Numbered from the stretch's first letter, positions 9,749 through 19,884 are shown. The stretch: 64,000 nucleotides of DNA from Candidatus Omnitrophota bacterium (GCA_043803685.1 JAZDJU010000005.1:11579-75578), one strand, 5' to 3'. Notes: generated by a model from the letters alone, not told the origin. Program-made: numbers and translations.

Positions 9749-11421
9749 AAGAGCTTCGCTTCTCTCGCGAAGCGCTCCTTCTTTTTGGTATTATGATCTT
9801 GGCGTTTGCGCTTCGTTTGTGGGGCGTCGGGTTCGGCCTGCCGTTTCTTTACCACGCCGACGAGCCAATCGTTGTGAACCATGCGCTGGCTTTCGGAACG
9901 GGAGACTTCAACCCCCATTTTTTCAACATTCCGCCACTCGTCAGCTATTTGCTTTTTGGTTGCTATGGGATCTTCTGGGGCCTGGGTCACGCCGCAGGTT
10001 GGTTTCAGTCCCTGCGGGATTTTGAACAACTTTTTTATTTTGATCCGAGCTCGTTCTATCTCATTGCTCGTCTCGTTTTCGGTGTATTTCTCGGGACGCT
10101 TTCGGTCTACGCTCTTTTCCGTCTCGCGAAACGTATGGGAACGATGCCGGTGGCATTATGGGCGTGTTTTTTTCTTGCCGTCAATTTTCTCCATGCACGC
10201 GATTCCCATTACATCTATGCGGATATTCCGCTTCTTTTCGTGCTTCTCACGGGTTTTATGATGATCTTTCGTCTTGCGGAAGCGCCTTCCTCGTTAAAAG
10301 GTCACCTTTTTGTCGGAAGCATGATAGGCCTCGCAACGGCGACCAAATACAACGGTGCTTTTCTGGCGATCCCTTATCTTTGGATCTTTTTCCGGTGTGT
10401 GCCCTGGAAGCGGTGGTTCGTTTCCGGTCTTGTGGCGGCGGGCGCTGCCTCAGCAGCTTTTGTTATTCTTAACCCGTACGCAGTCCTTGACCATGCCTTT
10501 TTCGTTAAGGAGCTTGCGGAGCAATCAGCCGCAAATTCCGGAGGGTTGTCCTGGTCTCATCACCTGACCTATTCACTGGCTGGCGCTCTGGGCTGGCCGA
10601 TGCTTATTCTGGCGCTGTTGGGGGTCTTCCCGGGGCTTTTCAGTAAGGATGTAAAACTTCAATCGGTCGCGGTGTTCGTGGCAGGTTATTACGTGGTTCT
10701 TTGCCGTTTTGGACAGCCGTACGATCGTTACGTGTTGCCGTTGGTTCCCTGGATGGTGTTCCTTGCCGCAGGGGTCCTTCTTCGCGTCAAGGCGAGATCC
10801 GCGCTTGTTTTTTGGGTCCTGGTGCCTTTTGTGGTGCTGCCTTCGGTCCTCAAGATCGTGCATTGGGACCAGTTGATGTCAAAGCCGGATGTTCGAACGG
10901 TCACAAAAAACTGGGTTGAAGATCACATTCCCGCGGGGAGTCGTCTGGCGTTGGACGGAGCTTTCTATATGCCGCGTCTGGCATTTTCCCCAAGCCAGCT
11001 TGAAGAAAAAAAAGCGCGTGCGGCAGGAGAATCCCTATCGGCGGCGAAGATCCGCCGGATCGAAGCTCTTCTGGCAAAACCTCTTCAGCCGTCCTATGAA
11101 CTGAATTTTTTAAGTGAGGCACCCGAAGGATCAAGCTTCTTGTTTTCTGAGCCGCGGGTGCCGTTCGATCTTGAGGTTTTGAAGAAAAACGGGATCCAGT
11201 ATGTTCTTTTGGTCGACGCGCTTCGGCCGGACGGGGATCCTTTTTTTCAGGGTCTTTTGACGGGGGCGGATCGTGTGGTCACTTTTTCGCCTTATCGCGA
11301 TCGTGAGGACATGACGATCCATGATCCTCAGGCCATGACCGGCGGGCCTTTTCTTTGGGGGGATACTTTGCCGCGTGAGCGGGGAGGTTATCCGATCACG
11401 ATCTACCGTATCCGTTCGTAA
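9745..11421 (+). CDS. GT-C fold (ArnT/PMT-like) membrane glycosyltransferase
   Basis: ATGA overlap with GT2; first-loop HADE motif, many TM helices, GLATATKYNG, RYVLP, soluble C-terminal domain. Confidence 0.8.
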   Translation: MKELRFSREALLLFGIMILAFALRLWGVGFGLPFLYHADEPIVVNHALAFGTGDFNPHFFNIPPLVSYLLFGCYGIFWGLGHAAGWFQSLRDFEQLFYFDPSSFYLIARLVFGVFLGTLSVYALFRLAKRMGTMPVALWACFFLAVNFLHARDSHYIYADIPLLFVLLTGFMMIFRLAEAPSSLKGHLFVGSMIGLATATKYNGAFLAIPYLWIFFRCVPWKRWFVSGLVAAGAASAAFVILNPYAVLDHAFFVKELAEQSAANSGGLSWSHHLTYSLAGALGWPMLILALLGVFPGLFSKDVKLQSVAVFVAGYYVVLCRFGQPYDRYVLPLVPWMVFLAAGVLLRVKARSALVFWVLVPFVVLPSVLKIVHWDQLMSKPDVRTVTKNWVEDHIPAGSRLALDGAFYMPRLAFSPSQLEEKKARAAGESLSAAKIRRIEALLAKPLQPSYELNFLSEAPEGSSFLFSEPRVPFDLEVLKKNGIQYVLLVDALRPDGDPFFQGLLTGADRVVTFSPYRDREDMTIHDPQAMTGGPFLWGDTLPRERGGYPITIYRIRS

Positions 11422-11425
11422 TTGA

Positions 11426-11453
11426 TTGCGTTGAACGCAACTTTCCGTAGAAT
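11426..11453 (+). promoter_or_regulatory. Putative sigma70 promoter of the oxidoreductase operon, overlapped by a palindrome
   Basis: TTGCGT-N16-TAGAAT; inverted repeat TTGCGT-tga-ACGCAA at 11426-11440. Confidence 0.45.
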
Positions 11454-11493
11454 AGCGTTCGGACTTGTTTCTTGGTATTAAAGAAGGCTCTTT

Positions 11494-12567
11494 ATGGAAC
11501 ATGAAAAAAATTTGGTGATGGGGAATGTGGCCATGGCGGAAGCCGCGGTCCGTGCGGGTTGCCGCTTTTATGCCGGCTATCCGATCACACCCCAGAATGA
11601 AGTGAGCGAATATCTGGCGAAACGTCTCCCGGAAGCCGGTGGAGTGTTCGTTCAGGCGGAGTCGGAGCTTGCCGCGATCAATATGGTCTTTGGCGCGGCG
11701 GCGACGGGCGCCCGGGCCATGACCTCTTCGTCGAGTCCCGGGGTCAGTCTCATGCAGGAAGCTATCTCTTATCTCGCCGCGGCGCAGATCCCTTGTCTTA
11801 TTGCCAATATCATGCGTGGCGGTCCCGGTCTCGGGAATATCCAGGGGGCCCAGTCGGACTATTTTCAGGCGACCCGCGGCGGCGGTCATGGTGATTATCG
11901 CTTGATCGTGCTGGCGCCGTGGTCCGTCCAGGAAATGTACGACCTTACGATCAAGGCTTTTGAATATGGGGATCAGTACCGTAACCCCGTGATGCTTTTG
12001 GCTGACGGGATCCTGGGGCAGATGGCCGAGGCGATCGAGTACCGGGAGCCGGAGAAAAAGGAGCCTGTTCGCAAGGATTGGACGCTTACGGGTTGTAAAG
12101 GTCGAAAGCCCAACGTGATCCGGACGCTCTATCTGCAGCAAAAAGACGCGCTGGAGGAAAAGAACATGGAACTCAAGGCGAAATATGAGCTGATCTCGAA
12201 GGAGCTGCAGCTTTCCGAGACGCGTTTTGGTGACGATGCGGAGATCGGCGTTATTGCTTATGGAACTCCCGCCCGGATCGCCCATTCCGCCGTCAAGGAG
12301 GCTCGGGCCGCCGGCGTGAAGGTCGGTCTTTTCCGGCCCATCACACTTTGGCCTTTTCCCGTCCTGGAACTCCGAAAACTCGCGGCCCGTTGCCGGAAGC
12401 TTCTCGTGGTTGAAATGAGTCAAGGACAATTGATCGAGGACGTGCGTCTTGCGAGGATCCCCGCGACGGTCGTGGACCCCAAGATCGAATTTTTGGGGCG
12501 CGGGGGGGGCTGGTACCCCAAACCCAAGGAACTTTTCGCGAAGATCATGGAGATCTCAAAAGGATGA
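11494..12567 (+). CDS. vorB: 2-oxoacid:ferredoxin oxidoreductase alpha subunit (VorB-like)
   Basis: GNVAMAEAA, AGYPITPQ, QAESELAAINMV, TSSSSPGVSL, RGGPGLGNIQGAQSDYFQATRGGGHGD, LFRPITLWPFP. Confidence 0.88.
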   Translation: MEHEKNLVMGNVAMAEAAVRAGCRFYAGYPITPQNEVSEYLAKRLPEAGGVFVQAESELAAINMVFGAAATGARAMTSSSSPGVSLMQEAISYLAAAQIPCLIANIMRGGPGLGNIQGAQSDYFQATRGGGHGDYRLIVLAPWSVQEMYDLTIKAFEYGDQYRNPVMLLADGILGQMAEAIEYREPEKKEPVRKDWTLTGCKGRKPNVIRTLYLQQKDALEEKNMELKAKYELISKELQLSETRFGDDAEIGVIAYGTPARIAHSAVKEARAAGVKVGLFRPITLWPFPVLELRKLAARCRKLLVVEMSQGQLIEDVRLARIPATVVDPKIEFLGRGGGWYPKPKELFAKIMEISKG

Positions 12568-13295
12568 CACCCGAACAGAAAACGATCAGGTCCGTCCGGA
12601 TGCACTATTGTCCCGTTTGCGGGCACGCGATCGCCCAGCGTCTGATCGGGGAAGTGATGGACGAACTGGGGATCCGGGAACGGACGATCGGAACCGCGCC
12701 GGTCGGTTGCGCGGTGCTTCTCTATGATTATTTTAATTGCGATATCATTGAATGTCCGCATGGAAGGATCCCGGCGGTTGCTACGGGGATCAAACGGATG
12801 CAGCCCGAGAAGATCGTTTTTGGTTACGGTGGGGACGGAGATCTCCTTTCGATCGGTTTGGCAGAGACCATCCATTGCGCGAACCGCGGCGAGAACATCA
12901 CTATGTTCTTTATCAATAATGCCGTCTACGGGATGACTGGAGGGCAGATGGCGCCGACCACTCTGATCGGGCAGAAGACCATTACGACTCCGGAAGGACG
13001 CGTCGCAGCAACGACAGGAGCTCCATTAAGGATCTGCGAGATGCTGAAGACGCTCGTCCGGCCCGTTTATATCGAGCGTGTGGCCGTCCATGACGCGCAC
13101 CATGTTCAAAGGACCCGCCAGGCTATCCGGAAGGCCTTTCTCAATCAGATCGAGGGGAACGGGTTTTCCTTTGTGGAGATACTTTCGATGTGTCCGACCT
13201 ATTGGCGGATGGGGGGGAAGGAAGCGTGTCAATTTGTGGGGAATGAAATGATGAGTTACTATCCGATCGAAAAATTCCGGGATGCGAGCGAATAA
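12564..13295 (+). CDS. 2-oxoacid:ferredoxin oxidoreductase beta subunit (TPP-binding)
   Basis: YCPVCGH, PVGC, HGR, GGDGD..IG, NNAVYGMTGGQMAPTT, EILSMCPT. Confidence 0.88.
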   Translation: MTPEQKTIRSVRMHYCPVCGHAIAQRLIGEVMDELGIRERTIGTAPVGCAVLLYDYFNCDIIECPHGRIPAVATGIKRMQPEKIVFGYGGDGDLLSIGLAETIHCANRGENITMFFINNAVYGMTGGQMAPTTLIGQKTITTPEGRVAATTGAPLRICEMLKTLVRPVYIERVAVHDAHHVQRTRQAIRKAFLNQIEGNGFSFVEILSMCPTYWRMGGKEACQFVGNEMMSYYPIEKFRDASE

Positions 13296-13843
13296 TGGAA
13301 GAAAAAATATTTGTCGCGGGGTCCGGGGGGCAGGGCGTGATCGTGGCGGGCAATATCCTTGCTCATGCAGCCCTTGAGGAAGGCCGTCACATTCTGGGGA
13401 TGGTTTCCTACGGGGTGGAAGTCCGCGGCGGCGCATCGCACAGTTTTGTGATCATTTCCGATCAGGAGATCGATTGCCCCATTATTGATGAGGCTACGAT
13501 GGGCTTCGCACTCAATCAGGCCGCTTACGAAAAATTCAAGAACAAGACGCGTGACGACGGCGTTTTTTTTGTGGACTCGTCCCAAGTCCAGCAGATGGAT
13601 CTTCCGAACACGACCGGAAAGATCATTGAGATCCCCGCGACACAGATCGCCCGGGAGATCGGGAACGAAAAAGTCACGAACATGATCATGCTTGGCGCTG
13701 CCATCCAGAAGACCGGGATCGTGAAAATGGCCAGCGCCGTCAAAGTCCTCGGCAAAGTTTTCAAGGGGCTTCGCAAGGATCTGATCTACGTGAACGAGAA
13801 AGCTCTTTCTGTCGGCGCTGACCTCATGCGCTCAAAGACCTGA
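13295..13843 (+). CDS. 2-oxoacid:ferredoxin oxidoreductase gamma subunit
   Basis: AGSGGQGV, SYGVEVRGG, IPATQIA, NMIMLGA. Confidence 0.88.
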   Translation: MEEKIFVAGSGGQGVIVAGNILAHAALEEGRHILGMVSYGVEVRGGASHSFVIISDQEIDCPIIDEATMGFALNQAAYEKFKNKTRDDGVFFVDSSQVQQMDLPNTTGKIIEIPATQIAREIGNEKVTNMIMLGAAIQKTGIVKMASAVKVLGKVFKGLRKDLIYVNEKALSVGADLMRSKT

Positions 13844-13862
13844 TAAATCTACGTTGCGAAGA

Positions 13863-14588
13863 TTATTTGCCGGCTTTGTAGTTCTTGGAGCGGCGGTGCC
13901 ACCAGAACTTCAGACTTTCCCAAAGGGCAAATCCCATGATCTTCATATTGACCGAGGATTTTCCCCATTGGCGGCCGCGGTGGTTCGAGGGTATCTCTTT
14001 GATGCGGAAACCGAGGTCGTGGGCCTTGATGATGATCTCGGGAAGGACGAAAAGCGAACGGGAAGTGAGTTCCATGCTTTCGAGGGTTTTCCGGCTCCAC
14101 GCCTGCGACCAGTTGTAGTCGTTAATGCGGATCTTGAAGAGATAATTTAGAAGAAAAATATAGATCACCGAAAGGAAAAAGCGAAAAAGCTGGTAGGCAT
14201 TCCGCTGCCAGCGAACCCCCAGCAGCACGTCGGTTTCGCCCTTTCGAAGTATCTCCACGAAATTCGGAACTTCGGAGGAATCGAATTCTTCATCGGCTCC
14301 GATATACATGAGGTACTGGCCGCGCGCAGCCTTCAGTCCGTCCTTAAGCGACGGGTTATAGCCCTCGTTCGTTTCGTGAATAATCAGACGGGTGTTGGGA
14401 TACTTTTGGACTTCGTTTTGGAGAACTTCGCGGGTTTTGTCCTTACTGCCGTCCTCGACCAGTACGACCTCCCAGTTCCATTCCGGATGGGTGTTAAGGA
14501 TCGCGAAGAGGTTCGCGAGCATGCGCGCGATGTTCTCTTCTTCGTTGTAGACGGGAGTGATGAAACTGATGAAGGGAGCTGTTTCCAT
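13863..14588 (-). CDS. GT2, polyprenyl-phosphate sugar synthase-like
   Basis: SFITPVYNEE, VEDGSKDKT, NEGY, GADEE, R..GKSS C-terminal motif. Confidence 0.82.
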   Translation of the reverse strand: METAPFISFITPVYNEEENIARMLANLFAILNTHPEWNWEVVLVEDGSKDKTREVLQNEVQKYPNTRLIIHETNEGYNPSLKDGLKAARGQYLMYIGADEEFDSSEVPNFVEILRKGETDVLLGVRWQRNAYQLFRFFLSVIYIFLLNYLFKIRINDYNWSQAWSRKTLESMELTSRSLFVLPEIIIKAHDLGFRIKEIPSNHRGRQWGKSSVNMKIMGFALWESLKFWWHRRSKNYKAGK

Positions 14589-14594
14589 AGGCGA

Positions 14595-14623
14595 AGATTA
14601 ATGTTTTTTTCCGCGAAAGTCAA
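14595..14623 (-). promoter_or_regulatory. Putative sigma70 promoter giving a leaderless transcript of the minus-strand GT2
   Basis: Minus strand TTGACT(14623-14618)-N17-TAATCT(14600-14595); the A of ATG at 14588 is 7 nt past the -10; no SD. Confidence 0.55.
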
Positions 14624-14683
14624 TTACCGATGGCGTTCCCCGTGTGATATCCTGACGGCCTTTCATCAAGAAGGAGATGGGAT

Positions 14684-16486
14684 TTGAAAATAGCTTTTTA
14701 TTCAAAACGCGGGTGGCTTCTGGCCGCGGGAGTTTTTTTTAGCTTTGCCTCCGCTTGGGTGCCGTATATCGAACAGGTAGGGGGGCGTAATCTGTTCGTG
14801 ACATCTGATTCGATGACGCTCCTCGGCGTAACGATCCTTATCGCCATGCTCTCCGCCTATCTTCTGCCTGATTTTGTTCTGAACGGTCTGTCGCGTTTCT
14901 GGAATCATTTTGCGGTCGTCTTACCGCGTTCCGTGTCCCTTTTTTTGAGCTTGGCGGCCCTGGGATCGCTCGTTTGGGTCCTTTATAATATCAATCAGGT
15001 CATCCTCCACGCTTTTCTGAGCTCAGCGGACGAACACTCCTGCTATTTTCTCGCCGAGTGCCTGCGCAAGGGCAAGCTTTATGTCGAGATCCCGCCGCTT
15101 GCCGATTTTTTCAAGGTTGTTCATGTGGGGATGAAAGGCGGAAAATGGTTCAGCGTTTATCCTCCCGGGTGGCCGCTTCTCTGGGCGGTAGGGCTCAAGT
15201 TCCATATCGTGGATTGGCTCAATCCGGTGCAGTCGGTGATCGCCGTCTATTTCCTTTATCTTTCAGGCGAGAGATTGTTCGGCCGCATGACGGCAGCGCT
15301 GGGACTTCTACTCATGTGCCTTAACCCGTTTTTTATGTTCACGGCCGCTTCCTATTTTTCCCACGCGACTTGCTTGCTCTGTATTTCCGTTTTTCTTTAC
15401 GCGTTCCTCCGTTGGCGTGAGGCCTACGACGCAGGGCGGGATCCTGTGGGTTGGTCATTCGTTTGCGCGTTTGCAGTGGGTTATGGCCTTATGACGCGCT
15501 ATCTGACCGTGGCCGCCGTCGCGGCGCCGTTCCTTCTCTATCACTATCTCTCGATCTTTTTTGAATGGCGTGGATGGGGAAACGGGAAAGGCTTGGGCCT
15601 TTTTTGCCACCGTCCGTTCGTATTCAAACGTCCCCGATTCCGGAAGAGTGATGGGGTCGCGATCGTGGTGATCGGCCTCTTTATGGCATTGATCCTTTGG
15701 CAAAATTATCTCGTGACAGGGAAAGCCTTCAAGGCGCCGAACAAATACGACAAATCCTGGGAGAGACTCGGTTTTAGGAAGAATTACACGTTCCTTGATG
15801 CTTTCTTTTATCTGATCGCCCGGGTTTTCTTCCTCATGGATTGGTTCGCTCCGGCGGTTGTGGCGGCCTATCTATGGCTTTTGGGGCGAAAAAAATCGCT
15901 GAGTGCTATTTCAGCCTTGAAAGATCCTGGGGCCAGAAACGGAACAAAGATCATCAAGCGTCTTTTTTTCCTCACGATGGTTTTTGTCGCCGGCGCCTAT
16001 TTCTTTTATTACTCCTGGGGCGGGAACCAATGGGGCCCTCGTTACCTTTGGGAGGGAATGCCTTTCCTGTGCATGACCGTTGCGGGATGGGCCGTGGCCC
16101 AGTGGGAAAACGGGGGAATGCGTGCTCGAAAGTTTTTACTGGTTTTTATGACGGTGTCTTTTGTGTCGTCCGGGATCTTGTTCGTCAAACAGGCGGAGTT
16201 CACGGAGGAAGCCAGCTTCGAGCGCCGCTCGCTTTACGACCTTGCGGAACAGACGGTCGAAGGACCAGGCATCGTTTTTATTCACGGGTTTCTCGGTGAT
16301 CGGCTGGTGTTGTCTGAAGACGATGCCGTTCGCAATAGCCCTTTCCTTGACGGGAGGATCCTCTATGTCCATGATCTTGGTGAGAGGAACAAAGAGCTTA
16401 CGACAGCCTATCCGGGCAGGAGTTATTACAGGGGATGGTATGATCGCGAAATGAAGAAGCCGTTACTCGAACCCTTGGCTGTCTGA
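14684..16486 (+). CDS. GT-C fold membrane glycosyltransferase-like protein
   Basis: Multi-TM; SADE acidic loop motif, YPPGWP, SYFSH, WGPRYL; TTG start after GGAG SD. Confidence 0.7.
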   Translation: MKIAFYSKRGWLLAAGVFFSFASAWVPYIEQVGGRNLFVTSDSMTLLGVTILIAMLSAYLLPDFVLNGLSRFWNHFAVVLPRSVSLFLSLAALGSLVWVLYNINQVILHAFLSSADEHSCYFLAECLRKGKLYVEIPPLADFFKVVHVGMKGGKWFSVYPPGWPLLWAVGLKFHIVDWLNPVQSVIAVYFLYLSGERLFGRMTAALGLLLMCLNPFFMFTAASYFSHATCLLCISVFLYAFLRWREAYDAGRDPVGWSFVCAFAVGYGLMTRYLTVAAVAAPFLLYHYLSIFFEWRGWGNGKGLGLFCHRPFVFKRPRFRKSDGVAIVVIGLFMALILWQNYLVTGKAFKAPNKYDKSWERLGFRKNYTFLDAFFYLIARVFFLMDWFAPAVVAAYLWLLGRKKSLSAISALKDPGARNGTKIIKRLFFLTMVFVAGAYFFYYSWGGNQWGPRYLWEGMPFLCMTVAGWAVAQWENGGMRARKFLLVFMTVSFVSSGILFVKQAEFTEEASFERRSLYDLAEQTVEGPGIVFIHGFLGDRLVLSEDDAVRNSPFLDGRILYVHDLGERNKELTTAYPGRSYYRGWYDREMKKPLLEPLAV

Positions 16487-16496
16487 AGCAAACGCG

Positions 16497-17420
16497 TTAT
16501 TTCGCGTCTTTTTCCCCGCCCTTGAACATAGCGCCCGGCTTGGTCAATTTTCCAGTCGCTCCGAGGTCAAGTTTGAGACCGCCCACCTGTTCGAATGTCT
16601 GGAAGTCCGCGAGTTGAGGATTCTTGACCGTATAGCCCATCGAACTGGTGAAATGCGAACCCGTCAGGATCTTGAGGCCAAGACCGGTTCCAGCGCCCAC
16701 AAGCCCCGGGGGATCCGCTTTGAGGTGTTTTTTCCACCATTCTTCCGAAAACATGAGCCGGGAGATCTCCGTGTGCTGGGCTTCATGGGTGTAGAAAAAT
16801 CCACCGTTCCTTAAAAACGGCCACAGATGGATAATGCAGGTTTCGAGAGAGGAAACGTAGTCGACATCGACAAAGATCTGGACGCAGGGGTCTTTGAAGC
16901 CGGGAAGGGTCTCGTCAAAAAATCCCTTATGGAATTCGCAGGCGTCGATATTACCGTAGCGCGTGATGTTGGAGCGGACTTCCTTCAGGGAGCCTGCCCA
17001 CCAGCCTTTTTGATAGGTGTGGATCTCGTGAGCATCCAGGACCGCGTGGGCGGAGTCCTGGGCTGTGGGCTCCGGGAGTCCTTCGAACGAGTCATAGATC
17101 TTGAGGCGTCTGCGGACTAAGCCGCAGACAAGCGAAAGGTTCGCGGCGCTGACGCCTTTGTAAGTCCCGCACTCCACGACGCAACCCTCGACCTTCCTTG
17201 GGATCTCGAGAAGGGTGCTGGCCATAATGATGTGTTCGATGAAACTGGAACCCGAAAGGATCCGGCTGTTGTTATACATCATTTTAAGGAGCAGTCGGAG
17301 CTTGGTCCAGAATGTGATCCCGTATTCGCGGCCCGTCTCGGGACGGAAAAATCCTCCGACAAAGATCGGGATGCAGAGGAACTGTACGAAGATTCGATAC
17401 AGGCGCGATAAGAAGTTCAT
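16497..17420 (-). CDS. TylF/MycF/NovP family O-methyltransferase
   Basis: VECGTYKGVS, YDSFEGLP, GFFDETLP, FVDVDY. Confidence 0.85.
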   Translation of the reverse strand: MNFLSRLYRIFVQFLCIPIFVGGFFRPETGREYGITFWTKLRLLLKMMYNNSRILSGSSFIEHIIMASTLLEIPRKVEGCVVECGTYKGVSAANLSLVCGLVRRRLKIYDSFEGLPEPTAQDSAHAVLDAHEIHTYQKGWWAGSLKEVRSNITRYGNIDACEFHKGFFDETLPGFKDPCVQIFVDVDYVSSLETCIIHLWPFLRNGGFFYTHEAQHTEISRLMFSEEWWKKHLKADPPGLVGAGTGLGLKILTGSHFTSSMGYTVKNPQLADFQTFEQVGGLKLDLGATGKLTKPGAMFKGGEKDAK

Positions 17421-17512
17421 GGGGTCAGCGATCCATTTGTTTTCAATCTCGAAGCTGCACTAGGATTTGCGCGCATGATATCGTAGAATGACTTCGCATT
17501 TCAAGGGATAAC

Positions 17513-19879
17513 ATGAAACTGACAAAGATCGATCTTATCAATATTTTGGCATTGGCAGGCCTGATCGCGGTTTTCTATCCCGCGCTCATGGTCGCCCGGG
17601 AAGCTTCTCTCATGGGGGACCATTGGGAGCAGCACTATCCCTGGGCGTTCCTGATGGCGCAATCGCTCAAGCAGGGAGTCTGGCCGTTCTGGACGCCGCT
17701 GATCCAATGCGGATTTCCGATCGTCGCCGAGAGCCAGATCGGACTCTTTTACCTCCCCAATCTTTTGCTCTACACGTTGTTTCCCATCCAGTGGGCATAC
17801 GCCTACATGAATGTGATCCATTTTTTCATTTCCGGAACGGGGACGTACGTCTATTGCCGCCGGATGGGTCTTTCACCGGTCGGGGCCTTAACCGCTGGGA
17901 TCGTGTTTCTCTTTGGGACGGGATACGGCGGTGCCTATTACAACATTACATCGCTGAAGACTCTTGCTTGGTTCCCGTGGGTTCTTTGGGCTTTTGAGGA
18001 GTTCCGGAGTTCCTTTCAGAGGCGGTATGTTCTGTTCGCGGCGGGGCTCATGTCTCTGTCCATTCTGGCGGGTTACTTGCAGGTGGCCGCGTTGATGCTC
18101 CTGATTTGTGCGGTTTATTTTCTGTTTCGCGTCTTTGCTTACAATGAACCGGACGTGACCGTAGGGCAGCGTCTCAAAGCTTGTGGGGGAATGGTGCTTG
18201 CGGCTTTGGGTGCGATAGTTATTTCCATGCCCCAGCTTCTGCTGAGCGCGGAACTGGCCTCGTTCTCCAATCGCGTCAATCTTTCAGAAGGTTATGCCTA
18301 TGTCGGGTCCTTGTCGCCGCTCGCTTTTCTAACGATCCTTTTCCCGAAGCTCCAGGGGATCTTTCGTGGGAATTGTCTCTATTCGGGGATCTTTGCCATC
18401 TATTTTATTTTCGCGGCCTTTTTCGCGGCGAATAAGTTACTTCGCCGGACGCTTTGGCTGTGGGCCATGCTCGGACTCGTGGCGCTCCTTTTAGCACTTG
18501 GCGGATGGAGTCCGCTTTATGTCGCGCTGATCAAACTGAGCCATTTTTATTCCTTCCGGGTCCCGGCGAAATTCCTGATCTTTTTTTGTTTTGCCGCGGC
18601 CGTTTTGGCGGGGCTGGGCGTTCACGTTTGGCGGGAAGAGTTGGTGAAGAACGGGGAGCGTTTGCGGGCGCTTAATCAAGCCTATTTGACTTTCATCGCC
18701 GGAGTGCTTGCCCTCTGGGGGATCGTCTATTTCTTTGTCACGGCCGGACTTTCCGTGGCGCTACAGATGGGGAATTGGGTGGTCACGCATTTTATCTATG
18801 GAAAGGCGGGCCATCCGCGAACGTTGGAATCCTACCGGGAGGCGGTTGTCGGGATAGCCGACGCGATCCGGGACCTTTTGTCGATCCATAATCCCTGGCA
18901 GGCTTGCGCGATCGTCCTGATCGTGATCAGCTGTTTTTGGAGCCTTTTTTCGCGGAAGGTCGTCGCAAAGTCTCGGGGAGCTGCTTTTGCTCTGACGGTT
19001 GCGTTGATGATCCTGGTCGCGGATCTTTATGTGTTCGCCGCGGCGGATGTGAAAAGGGATTTTGATACTTACCAGAACGTGCTCAAACCGAACCGGATCG
19101 TGGAAATCTTGCTCGCCGAGAAAGCGGCCGGGAAGCTGGGGCGCATTTACGGTTACCGGAAAGAGACCGAAACGCTCCCCTTGGTCCCGTCGGTGAACAT
19201 GATCTACGGGATCGAAGACATCGGGGGCTATTCGCCCTTCATCATGAGCCGCTATTTCGAGACCCTCGGGCAGTTCGGCAACGTCAACGACTCGAACCAG
19301 ATGCAGGAGCCCGAACTTTCTTTTGTTTTGGAGCGGCTGCCGCTTTTAAGCGCGCTTGGCGTTTCGCATATTCTGTCGATCCGAGAGATGCAGCATCCGT
19401 CGCTTGAGTTTCTTGCCCGGGATCCCGAGACAGGTGCTTTTCTCTACCGGAACCGGTCGGACCTTTCTCGTGCGCATTTCATATCCTCGCCTGTGACTTT
19501 TTTCGACTGGCCGAGCCTGAAAAAAACGTTCATGGCACCCGGCTTTGATCCGGGAAAAGTTCTTTTACTGGAAGGTCGTGACAAAGACAGGCTTCGCAAC
19601 GTTCCGCAAGATCCGAGCTCCAGGATGGTTCGTCTTGTTCAGGCTATCACATCGTCCGATCGGGAGAATTATTCCGTGGAAACGACGGGGCCAGGTTTTC
19701 TCGTCTTGATGAGCGTGATGTATCCCGGATGGGAGGCGACGGTGGATGGACAAAAGATTCCGATCATTTCGGCTTATGGACTGTTTCGAGCTGTTTGGAT
19801 CCCCGGTGCGGGGAAGCATTTCGTGGAATTTAGTTATCATCCTTATCACAAGCTCAAATGGCCTGGTTCGAAGGGGTAA
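17513..19879 (+). CDS. YfhO-family membrane protein (GT-C like)
   Basis: GD..QHYP, PFWTPLIQCGFP, FYLP N-terminal motifs; many TMs; C-terminal YPGWEATVDG..FRAVWIP..GKH.VEFSY. Confidence 0.82.
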   Translation: MKLTKIDLINILALAGLIAVFYPALMVAREASLMGDHWEQHYPWAFLMAQSLKQGVWPFWTPLIQCGFPIVAESQIGLFYLPNLLLYTLFPIQWAYAYMNVIHFFISGTGTYVYCRRMGLSPVGALTAGIVFLFGTGYGGAYYNITSLKTLAWFPWVLWAFEEFRSSFQRRYVLFAAGLMSLSILAGYLQVAALMLLICAVYFLFRVFAYNEPDVTVGQRLKACGGMVLAALGAIVISMPQLLLSAELASFSNRVNLSEGYAYVGSLSPLAFLTILFPKLQGIFRGNCLYSGIFAIYFIFAAFFAANKLLRRTLWLWAMLGLVALLLALGGWSPLYVALIKLSHFYSFRVPAKFLIFFCFAAAVLAGLGVHVWREELVKNGERLRALNQAYLTFIAGVLALWGIVYFFVTAGLSVALQMGNWVVTHFIYGKAGHPRTLESYREAVVGIADAIRDLLSIHNPWQACAIVLIVISCFWSLFSRKVVAKSRGAAFALTVALMILVADLYVFAAADVKRDFDTYQNVLKPNRIVEILLAEKAAGKLGRIYGYRKETETLPLVPSVNMIYGIEDIGGYSPFIMSRYFETLGQFGNVNDSNQMQEPELSFVLERLPLLSALGVSHILSIREMQHPSLEFLARDPETGAFLYRNRSDLSRAHFISSPVTFFDWPSLKKTFMAPGFDPGKVLLLEGRDKDRLRNVPQDPSSRMVRLVQAITSSDRENYSVETTGPGFLVLMSVMYPGWEATVDGQKIPIISAYGLFRAVWIPGAGKHFVEFSYHPYHKLKWPGSKG

Positions 19880-19884
19880 GCGGA

